Of a DNA stretch of 64,000 nt, positions 30,833 to 38,460 are shown piece by piece. Origin of the DNA: Candidatus Multivorans thiocomprendens. GTDB lineage: Bacteria; Acidobacteriota; Thermoanaerobaculia; Multivoradales; Multivoraceae. The stretch is from the NCBI GenBank assembly GCA_027493375.1, contig JAPVWO010000250.1, positions 1,743 to 65,742 on the forward strand. Reading direction: 5' to 3'. The translations under genes and the position numbers were made by a program. Under the pieces are notes generated by a model. The model was not told where the DNA came from, ran no database searches, and saw nothing but the letters and a program-made list of their open reading frames with translations. Positions within the stretch are counted from its first letter, which is position 1. The number at the start of each line of letters is the position of its first letter.

Positions 30833-30927
30833 CAGATGAGGAACAACCTCCTGCCCGTCGCTGTTCTGAACGGTGACTGCCCCCAAAGCGGTCGACCCTC
30901 AGCCCCTCGAACCTGCCGGAACTGATC

Positions 30928-31746
30928 ATGTTGGGACTCAACCTTCCCGTTGTCATCGTCCTGGCCGCGGTCGGCGGCGTACTCGCCTGGCGCCGGGCCA
31001 ACACTCTCACCTGGCTGCTCTACACCTGGGTCGCCCTGTGGGCCTTCTTCAAGTACGGCTTCGCCGTGCCGATCCCGCGGTCCGTGGCGACGATCTACCT
31101 CGGAATCACCGGGCTCGCGCTGGTCTGCTTCGCCTCCTCGAGCCGGGAACGGTTGTCGGAGACGGTCCAGCCGATCGCGCGGCTCATTCTCGAACCCCGC
31201 TACCGCCTGGCCCTCGCCGGGCTTCTCGTCGCCCTGCCGGCACTCGCCGCCTACAACGTCTACGCCGATCTGAACGTGCCGCTGGAGGCGCCCGGTTTCG
31301 GCCGGGAGGTCCATCCGCCGCCGCCCACGGAGATGACCGTCCACGACGAGACGGTCGACATGGCGACGGCCGAGAACCCGTACCTGCACTACAACCACGA
31401 CGATCCGGAGCTCTACGGAGAGCACCTGGAGAACGGGCGGCGGGTCTACTACGAGAACTGCTTCTGGTGCCACGGCGACGGCATGGGCGGAGACGGCATG
31501 TTCGCCCACGGCCTGAATCCCGTGCCCAGCAACTTCAACGATGTCGGCACGTTGCCGATCCTCCAGTCCTCCTTCGTCCACTGGCGGATTGCCAAGGGTG
31601 CTCCGGGCCTTCCCGGCGCGGGGACCCCCTGGGACAGCATGATGCCGGCCTGGGAGAAGTTCCTCACCACCGAGGAGATGTGGGACGTCAACCTCTTCAT
31701 CTACGACTTCAACGGCTACGAGCCGCGCGCCCTGGGGCAGCACTGA
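30928..31746 (+). CDS. Polytopic membrane protein with a C-terminal monoheme cytochrome c domain
   Basis: About four N-terminal TM segments are followed by GRRVYYENCFWCHGDGMGGDG (CxxCH) and ...MMPAWEKFLTTEEMWDVNLFIY. Confidence 0.7.
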   Translation: MLGLNLPVVIVLAAVGGVLAWRRANTLTWLLYTWVALWAFFKYGFAVPIPRSVATIYLGITGLALVCFASSSRERLSETVQPIARLILEPRYRLALAGLLVALPALAAYNVYADLNVPLEAPGFGREVHPPPPTEMTVHDETVDMATAENPYLHYNHDDPELYGEHLENGRRVYYENCFWCHGDGMGGDGMFAHGLNPVPSNFNDVGTLPILQSSFVHWRIAKGAPGLPGAGTPWDSMMPAWEKFLTTEEMWDVNLFIYDFNGYEPRALGQH

Positions 31747-33548
31747 TGACCGTGCACGCCAGACGACGCGCTCGGGCCATGGCCACGTTGGCCGCTGCCG
31801 TCCTGCTCGTGGCCCTGCCGGCCGGCGGCCAGGTCGACCTCGGCACCGAGGAGCAGCGCGCGGCCGGAAAGATCGTCTACGACAAGTACTGCGGCCAGTG
31901 CCACGGCGACACCGGCGACGGCAACGGCTACGCCACGCCGCGCGTCAAGCCGAAGCCGCGCGACTTCACGACGGGCACCTACAAGTTCCGCACCACGCCG
32001 AACGGCATGCTGCCCACGGACGACGACCTGCGCCGCGTGATCGAGATCGGCGCCCCCTACACCTCGATGCCGGGCTGGCCGAACCTGACGAGCGCCGAGA
32101 TCCAGAACGTCATCTACTACATCAAGTCCTTCTCGCCCGACTTCGAGAACCCCGACCGCTACGGCGAGCCGATCGAGATTCCCCGGCCGCTCGAATCGAC
32201 CGAGGAGTCGATCGCCCGCGGCCGCGTGGTCTACGAGGAGCAGGGCTGCGCCGCCTGCCACGGCGAGGTCGGGCGGGGCGACGGCCCATCGGCGCCGACC
32301 CTGGTCAATGACAAGGGCGACCCGATCAAGGTCGCCGACCTCACCCAGCGCTGGACCTACCGCGGCGGTGCGACGAAGGAAGACATCTACCGCACCTTCT
32401 CCACCGGCCTGAACGGCACGCCCATGCCGTCCTACGCCGACTCGCTCGAGATCGAGGATCGCCAGCACCTGGTGAACTACGTCTACTCGCTGGGCGACGG
32501 AGACGATCCGAACTACGGCACGCTGATCACGGCGGTCTACTCGGAAGAGCCGATCGACCTGGAGGACGGAGAAACGCTCGACGCGCTGTTCGAGACCGCG
32601 CCGATGACCCGCTTCCCCCTCGTCGGCCAGATCAGCGAACCGGGACGCAACTTCTTCCCCTCCGTCACCTCGATCGAGGCCCAGGCGGTCTACAACCGCG
32701 ACGAGATCGCGTTCCGGGTCCGCTGGCACGACCTCCGCGCCGACACCTCGGGCCGCAACAGCCCGAGCCTGGAAGTGCCGATGTGGGACGAGGACAACGG
32801 CATCGGCGCAGAGGCGGCCGACGACGGCGGCGACGATTTCTTCGGGGATGCCGGAGGGGACGATTTCTTTGGCGAGTTCGGCGGCGAGGAAGCGCCCGCG
32901 GAGGACGACTTCTTCGGCGATAGCGGCGGCGACGACTTCTTCGGTGACGGCGGCGACGACTTCTTCGGCGCCGCCGACGCAGGGCCCCCCGGCGCCGAGT
33001 TCTCCGACGCCGTGGCGCTGCAGTTCCCGGCCTCGCTGGCGCCCGAGGAGACTCCCGAACTCAAGCCGTACTTCCTCTACGGCGACTCCCAGAACCCGGT
33101 CGACCTCTGGTTCGTCAACCTGACGTACGGTGTCGCCGACACATTCCGGGGCCGCGGCAGTGAGTCGATCGAGCCCACCGAGGCCGACATCGTCGAAGCC
33201 GTGACTTCCTACGACCAGGGCGAATGGACCGTGACGTACAAGCGGCGGCGCTCGTCGCGCGCCGGCGTCAGCTTCGCCGAGCAGCAGTACACGCCGGTCG
33301 CCTTCAGCGTCTGGGACGGCTTCAACCGCGAACGCGGAAACAAGCGGGCGCTGTCGTCCTGGTTCTACGTCTACACCGAACCGAGCGTGCAGCCGGCGAC
33401 GACGTTCCCCATCGTCCGGGCAGCCGTCATCGTGCTCGTGCTCGAACTGCTGGTCGTCTTCCTGGTTCGCCGCCGGGCCCGCCGGCAGGCGGCCGGCGAA
33501 GAGGCCGCGGGCGGGACCCTCGCCGCAACCGAGGCGCCCGCCGTCTGA
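31746..33548 (+). CDS. Diheme cytochrome c fused to an ethylbenzene-dehydrogenase-gamma-like (EB_dh) domain, with C-terminal TM anchor
   Basis: Start trimmed to the ATG at 31746 (1-nt overlap with the upstream stop). There is a signal peptide and two heme sites, CGQCH and CAACH. The later AQAVYNRDEIAFRVRWHD...AVALQFP...PVAFSVWDGFNRERGNKRALSSW resembles the EB_dh / DMSO-reductase gamma-subunit fold. The terminal TM segment is AAVIVLVLELLVVFLV. Confidence 0.7.
   Translation: MTVHARRRARAMATLAAAVLLVALPAGGQVDLGTEEQRAAGKIVYDKYCGQCHGDTGDGNGYATPRVKPKPRDFTTGTYKFRTTPNGMLPTDDDLRRVIEIGAPYTSMPGWPNLTSAEIQNVIYYIKSFSPDFENPDRYGEPIEIPRPLESTEESIARGRVVYEEQGCAACHGEVGRGDGPSAPTLVNDKGDPIKVADLTQRWTYRGGATKEDIYRTFSTGLNGTPMPSYADSLEIEDRQHLVNYVYSLGDGDDPNYGTLITAVYSEEPIDLEDGETLDALFETAPMTRFPLVGQISEPGRNFFPSVTSIEAQAVYNRDEIAFRVRWHDLRADTSGRNSPSLEVPMWDEDNGIGAEAADDGGDDFFGDAGGDDFFGEFGGEEAPAEDDFFGDSGGDDFFGDGGDDFFGAADAGPPGAEFSDAVALQFPASLAPEETPELKPYFLYGDSQNPVDLWFVNLTYGVADTFRGRGSESIEPTEADIVEAVTSYDQGEWTVTYKRRRSSRAGVSFAEQQYTPVAFSVWDGFNRERGNKRALSSWFYVYTEPSVQPATTFPIVRAAVIVLVLELLVVFLVRRRARRQAAGEEAAGGTLAATEAPAV
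32820..32969 (+). repeat. In-frame acidic-aromatic tandem repeat (five DDFFG units) inside the EB_dh-like domain
   Basis: The translation is DDGGDDFFGDAGGDDFFGEFGGEEAPAEDDFFGDSGGDDFFGDGGDDFFG. The DNA units ggcggcgacgacttcttcgg recur nearly identically. Confidence 0.9.
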
Positions 33549-33624
33549 CCCGGAGCATCCCGGAACAACACCCGACCCAGTACCGCACAGAACCGACACT
33601 TCCGTCAACCCGAGAGACATCACC

Positions 33625-35784
33625 ATGTACAAGACGATCTACGTCCCCGTCGACAACTCGGACTACTCGAACCAGGCGATCGCCTCCGCGGTCGAGCTGG
33701 GCCGCGAGTTCGACTCCACGATGGTCGGCTGCCACGTCTACGCGGCCAGCATGCACGACTACCGCTTCAAGCAGATGGAGTACACCCTGCCGGACGAGTA
33801 CCTCGAGGAGACGGAGCTCGACCGCCAGCGGAAGATCCACGACTCGCTCATCACGATGGGCCTGGAGCTCATCTCCGAGAGCTACCTCGAGCCGATGAAG
33901 GCGGTCTGCGACGACGCCGGCCTCGAGTTCGAGCCGAAGATGATGGACGGCAAGCACCACGTCGAGATCGTCCGCGACATCCGCGAATCGGGCTACGACC
34001 TGACGGTGCTCGGCGTGATGGGGATCGGCCGCGTCCGCGACACCCAGATCGGCTCCGTCTGCGAACGCGTGGCCCGCACCGCCGACAGGGACGTCCTGGT
34101 CATCAAGCGGCTGCCCGCGGGGGCGACCGCGACGAACGGAAACGGCAACGGGCACCATACCGAGGCCGACGGCCGCGACACGATCCTGGTCGGCGTCGAC
34201 GGCTCGCCCCAGTCCTTCGGAGCGCTGATGACGGCGATCGACCTGGCGAAGACCCTCGGCAAGAAGGTCGAGGCGATCTCGGTCTACGACCCCTACCTGC
34301 ATTACTCCGTGTTCAAGGGCGTGGTCAACGTGCTGACCGAGCGCGCGGCGAAGATCTTCCGCTTCGAGGAGCAGAACCAGCTCCACGAGGAGATCATCGA
34401 CACCGGTCTGGCGCAGATCTACCAGTCCCACCTGGATGTCGCCGAGACGATGGCGACCGAGGTCGGCGTGGAGTTGACGAAGACGCTCCTCGACGGCAAG
34501 GCGTTCCAGAAGGTCCTCGACCATGCCAGGAAGATCGATCCCTGGATGCTGGTCATCGGCCGGGTCGGCGTCCACAGTGACGAGAGCGAGACCGGCCTCG
34601 GCAGCAACGCCGAGAACCTGCTCCGCGCCTGCCCCTGCGACCTGCTCCTGACCACTCGCCTGGAGCACCCGGAACTCGACGTCAAGGCCGAGGAGAGCAT
34701 CCGCTGGACCCCCGAAGCCGAGGAGCGTTTCAAGCGGGTGCCCGAGCAGGTGCGCGGCATCGCCCGCACCGCCCTCTACAGGCTGGCCGTCGAGCAGGGA
34801 CACAGCGTGATCTCGAGCAACGTGCTCGACGAGGCGATGGACCGCTACATGCCGAAGTACACCGCCCGCGAGACGGAGGCCCTGGCCGAGAAGCTCGCCC
34901 TGCAGCTCGCGCGCAGCCGGCCGACCTTCATCTGCAGGAAGTGCGGCGTCACCTCGGCCGAACCCGATCCGGTGCGCTGCGGCGTCTGCGGCAGCGACTC
35001 CTTCGAGCAGATCACCGAAGAGATGCTGGAACGGATCGCCGAAATGGAAGGCGGTCTCGAGGTCGAGACCACCTACGACGGCCGCAAGCTGAAGTGGACC
35101 GCCGACGCCCGCCTGGCCCTCAAGACGATCGAGGACGCCTACCGCCGCCGCCGCGCCAAGGCCCGGATCGAGAAGAAGGCGCGGATGAGCAAGCTGCCGA
35201 CCGTCACCTTCGAGTTCGCCCGCGTGATGATCGAGGACGAGACCGGCGAGCCGGTGACGATCGAGGCCCGTGAGCAGGCGACCGAGGCCAACGGCAACGG
35301 CGCCGCCGAGACGTCGGCCGACGAACGCAAGCTGATCGCCCGCGACGACGACCGCGTCCCGCTGCTCTCGAACCACGAGTGGACCGCCGAAGCCGTCGAG
35401 CGCATCCTCCGGGTTCCCGCCGGCTTCATGCGCGACCGCACCCAGGAGCGCGTCGAACTGGTGGCCCGCGAAAAGCACGTCTCCCGGATCGGCATCAAGA
35501 CGGTCGAGGAGGGCATCGAGCTCGGCCGCGAGCTGATGGAGCAGATGATCGCGGCCTACGAGCTAGACAAGAAGGACGAGTCGCCCGCCGGGGACGTCGC
35601 CGAGGCCGAAGCAAAGGCCGCGACCGCCGCCGGCAGGTGCCCCTTCTCCGCTCTCGCCGAAGCCGGCGCCAGCGACGCCCAGGTCGAGGCGGCCAAGGAC
35701 GCGAAGGCCGGGAGCTACCTGAACGAGGTCGGCCTGATGTCGGCCCTGGACGAGAAGCGCAAGGCCGATGAGTCCCGCAACTGA
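33625..35784 (+). CDS. Double universal-stress-protein (USP) domains fused to a zinc ribbon and three PCP_red-like (BchB C-terminal-like) domains
   Basis: USP1 is IYVPVDNSDYS...LTVLGVMG...VCERVARTADRDVLVIK. USP2 is ILVGVDGSPQS...LVIGRVG...GSNAENLLRACPCDLLL. The zinc ribbon is CRKCG...CGVCG. The PCP_red-like units are RWTPEAEERFKRVPEQVRGIARTALYRLAVEQGHSVISSNVLDEA, KWTADARLALKTIEDAY... and EWTAEAVERILRVPAGFMRDRTQERVELVAREK. Confidence 0.8.
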   Translation: MYKTIYVPVDNSDYSNQAIASAVELGREFDSTMVGCHVYAASMHDYRFKQMEYTLPDEYLEETELDRQRKIHDSLITMGLELISESYLEPMKAVCDDAGLEFEPKMMDGKHHVEIVRDIRESGYDLTVLGVMGIGRVRDTQIGSVCERVARTADRDVLVIKRLPAGATATNGNGNGHHTEADGRDTILVGVDGSPQSFGALMTAIDLAKTLGKKVEAISVYDPYLHYSVFKGVVNVLTERAAKIFRFEEQNQLHEEIIDTGLAQIYQSHLDVAETMATEVGVELTKTLLDGKAFQKVLDHARKIDPWMLVIGRVGVHSDESETGLGSNAENLLRACPCDLLLTTRLEHPELDVKAEESIRWTPEAEERFKRVPEQVRGIARTALYRLAVEQGHSVISSNVLDEAMDRYMPKYTARETEALAEKLALQLARSRPTFICRKCGVTSAEPDPVRCGVCGSDSFEQITEEMLERIAEMEGGLEVETTYDGRKLKWTADARLALKTIEDAYRRRRAKARIEKKARMSKLPTVTFEFARVMIEDETGEPVTIEAREQATEANGNGAAETSADERKLIARDDDRVPLLSNHEWTAEAVERILRVPAGFMRDRTQERVELVAREKHVSRIGIKTVEEGIELGRELMEQMIAAYELDKKDESPAGDVAEAEAKAATAAGRCPFSALAEAGASDAQVEAAKDAKAGSYLNEVGLMSALDEKRKADESRN

Positions 35785-35922
35785 GTCACGTGGTTTCGCG
35801 CTTCCGACACGACTCACGCCTGTGAACGAGCAGAGCACGTCCGCGAAGAGGAGATCGGCTCCACACTGCGGGCGGACCAGGAGCCGGCCTTTCTCTATCT
35901 CGCTCTCCTGGCGTGGGCCGTA

Positions 35923-36702
35923 ATGGCCACGGCGCAGCCATCCGACAAAGAAGACGATGACAAGGAGACGTCCGACATCTCTGTCGTTTCTCTGGTGTAC
36001 GCAGAGGCGGTCGCCGCCGGCCTTGAAGACGAACAGGTCGTTCGAGAGGTCTTTGCCGCCCTGGTCGCCAAAGCCGACTACCAGGTGCTCAAACGCCTTT
36101 ACGCTTCCGTGGTCCGCAAGAACCGCGAGCGGCAGTCAATCGTCCGCCGCTCCCTGCGCGAGACCGGCTACAGGCAGGAAGTCTGGGCCGAGTGGCCGAG
36201 CCAGAAGGTCAACGCCCTGTACGCGATGGCCATCGCCTCAGGCGCTGAACCCGACCCCGTGCTTCGACAGCGTCTCTTCCGGCTCCTGGACCGTGAGGCC
36301 GATGACGCTGGGCCCGACATCCTGTGCGATGCTTCCTGTGGGCCGGAAGACCCTGAGCATCCCTTCAACATCTACGACACGGACATCTTCCGGGAATGGC
36401 TGGGATGGTACGAGCACGTCTTCCACGGCGGTCCGGCTCCCGCTGTTCTCTTTGAAATCGACGCCGCGCAGATCGAGAAGCTGATCGACGGATCATGCAC
36501 TATCGCCCAAGCGGTGTCCGCGATTGGCACCGTTGCTGACGTCATTGAAATCGTCAGGAACGATCCCCCTGCCGGGCTGTTCTGGAAAAAGAAGATCGTG
36601 AAGTGGCTGGCCAAGGCCGGCGTAAAGATCACTGTCTCGCAGGTCACGGGGGTAGGCGGCATGCTTAACCTTGCCGCTGTTCTGTGCGAACTCCGAGAAT
36701 AG
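35923..36702 (+). CDS. Hypothetical protein (no recognisable domain), lower-GC gene
   Basis: 259-aa ORF with an acidic N-terminus and no signal peptide. The C-terminal part is amphipathic/hydrophobic. Codon usage is visibly less GC3-biased than in neighbouring genes. Confidence 0.5.
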   Translation: MATAQPSDKEDDDKETSDISVVSLVYAEAVAAGLEDEQVVREVFAALVAKADYQVLKRLYASVVRKNRERQSIVRRSLRETGYRQEVWAEWPSQKVNALYAMAIASGAEPDPVLRQRLFRLLDREADDAGPDILCDASCGPEDPEHPFNIYDTDIFREWLGWYEHVFHGGPAPAVLFEIDAAQIEKLIDGSCTIAQAVSAIGTVADVIEIVRNDPPAGLFWKKKIVKWLAKAGVKITVSQVTGVGGMLNLAAVLCELRE

Positions 36703-36704
36703 CT

Positions 36705-36812
36705 ATGCCTCTTCGGGATCTTGCAGTCACGGCAAAGACGGTCGCTGGCGTGGTCCTCTTCTTCCTGGTGCTCGCTTGGGCCGCCTTCAAGTTCTGGATG
36801 GTATTCACTTAG
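36705..36812 (+). CDS. Small hydrophobic peptide (35 aa, one TM); not in the supplied ORF track
   Basis: I translated this myself: MPLRDLAVTAKTVAGVVLFFLVLAWAAFKFWMVFT. The ATG begins 2 nt after the preceding stop codon. Confidence 0.3.
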   Translation: MPLRDLAVTAKTVAGVVLFFLVLAWAAFKFWMVFT

Positions 36813-37082
36813 CCGGTTCTCCTCTGGATCTTCACTGAAGCACGGAGGGCCATCCTGCGAGTAACCCTCTTCTCGGGGTGATTCTCTGGAGTCGCCTCCA
36901 GATTCCTGTTGTTCCCATCCGGAGCCCGATCGGGTCGGACCTCCGTAGCAGCCCAACGGTCGCACTGCCATCCGCGACCAACCGCGTGGCCGGTGGCGCA
37001 CGAGCGCTACTCCTTGATCCTCAAGACCGCTCCTCGGGAATCTGACGGCCCGCGTCCACGTGCTTCTCAGTCCTCCATACCC

Positions 37083-38456
37083 ATGCGAACGACTCCCCCT
37101 ACCGGCATGATCTTCCATGGCTGGAAGATCATCTTCGTCTCCTTCCTGGCGTTGTTCGTCTCCGTCGGCTTCGGCTTCTACTCGTTCAGCGCCTTCTTCG
37201 TTGCCCTGACCTCCGAGTTCGGGGGCGGCCGGGTCGGCGTCGGCATCGGCGTCGCCATCTTCGGCGTGACGAACGGCTTGGTCGCGCCGTTCCTGGGTCA
37301 TGCCCTGGACCAGGGCCACGCGAAGCGGATCATGACGGCGGGCACCTGGCTGCTGGCGCTGGGCCTGCTCCTGACCGCGACGGTCCAGAATCTGATCCAG
37401 TTCTACCTCGTCCTCGGCACCTTCCTGGCCCTGGGAGCGGCGCTGATCGGTGGCGTGACCGCCTCCACCCTGGTCGCCAACTGGTACGTCCGCCAGCGCG
37501 CCATGGCTCTCGGCATCGCCACGATGGGCATCTCGCTCTCGGGCGTCGTCATGGCGCCCGTGGCGACACGGCTGATCGACCTGATCGGCTGGCGCGGTAC
37601 GTTCGTGCTCTACGGCGCGCTGACGCTGCTCTTCGTCCTTCCGGCCGTCCGGCGCTGGGTGATCGACCGCCCGGAGGACATCGGCCTTCACCCCGACGGG
37701 GCAGCGACCTCCCTGGCCGGCGAGTGGACCGCGGCGCCCGCGGCCGGGGAGGGACCGGTGGGCGTGGAACCGGTAACGCCCCTGCCCACGGCCGACGGCG
37801 CTCCGCCCAGGCGCCCACGGCTGGAGTGGACGCAGCCGCTGGCGAACCGCAACTTCTGGGTCATCGTCCTCGTCGTGTCGATGTGCTTTTGCGCCAACTC
37901 CGCCATCCTCGCGCACATCATCGCCCACGCGACGGACCTGGGCTTTCCGCCCGTCGACGCTGCCTTCTGCCTGTCCACGATCGCTGCCATGGGAGTACTG
38001 GGCAAGGTCGTGTTCGGCTGGATCAGCGACCGGCTCAGCAGTCGCGGCGCCGTGTGGCTGGCGGTCAGCCTGATGGGCGCCGGCGCCGGCGGTCTGCTGG
38101 GGGCCGAGAGCTATCCGGCGGTTCTCGGCGCCGTCGCCGTCTTCGGACTCGGCATGGGCGGCATCATGCCCTTGTGGGGAACGCTGATAGGGGCCTGCTT
38201 CGGCCGCCGCTCCTTTGGCCGGGTGATGGGCCTGATGAGTCCCATGCTGCTGCCGATCCAGGTACTCGGCGTCCCCTTCGCGGGCTACGTCTACGATCGT
38301 TTCCACAGCTACGACCTGGCCTTTACCACGTTCGTCGGCTTGTACGGCTTCTCCATAGTGACCCTCCTGCTTCTCCGAGTCCCCGCACGGGAGCCGAGCG
38401 GCTCCGCGGCTTCCCCCGCGGGGCCGACGACCGCGACGGTCACGCGGACGGAGTAA
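37083..38456 (+). CDS. MFS transporter (oxalate/formate antiporter-like)
   Basis: Start trimmed to the ATG at 37083. The N-terminus GWKIIFVSFLALFVSVGFGFYSFSAFFVAL is typical of OFA-type MFS proteins. There are 12 hydrophobic segments with a long central loop. Confidence 0.8.
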   Translation: MRTTPPTGMIFHGWKIIFVSFLALFVSVGFGFYSFSAFFVALTSEFGGGRVGVGIGVAIFGVTNGLVAPFLGHALDQGHAKRIMTAGTWLLALGLLLTATVQNLIQFYLVLGTFLALGAALIGGVTASTLVANWYVRQRAMALGIATMGISLSGVVMAPVATRLIDLIGWRGTFVLYGALTLLFVLPAVRRWVIDRPEDIGLHPDGAATSLAGEWTAAPAAGEGPVGVEPVTPLPTADGAPPRRPRLEWTQPLANRNFWVIVLVVSMCFCANSAILAHIIAHATDLGFPPVDAAFCLSTIAAMGVLGKVVFGWISDRLSSRGAVWLAVSLMGAGAGGLLGAESYPAVLGAVAVFGLGMGGIMPLWGTLIGACFGRRSFGRVMGLMSPMLLPIQVLGVPFAGYVYDRFHSYDLAFTTFVGLYGFSIVTLLLLRVPAREPSGSAASPAGPTTATVTRTE

Positions 38457-38460
38457 CCGG

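Noticed and set aside
27692-31745. Possible hidden ActC/ActD/ActF (NrfD-like) genes, missed because of frame or start problems.
   Set aside because: I checked all listed frames in this interval. The only long hydrophobic ORF is the 643-aa protein, whose motifs align with CydA rather than NrfD/PsrC. The other frames give Arg/Pro-rich nonsense.
32820-32969. The tandem DNA repeat, considered as a possible CRISPR array or non-coding minisatellite.
   Set aside because: The units are about 24-27 nt with no spacers. They are in frame inside a long ORF with high GC3 and translate to a coherent DDFFG peptide repeat.
35782-35820. A hairpin after the USP/PCP_red gene (tgagtc..gtg / cac..gactca), considered as a terminator.
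   Set aside because: The stem is interrupted, the loop is long and there is no U-tract. It is too weak to call.
35785-37082. The lower-GC islets, considered as mobile genetic elements.
   Set aside because: I could find no integrase, transposase, tRNA target, flanking direct repeats or inverted terminal repeats. I therefore report them only as compositional islets and not as mobile elements.
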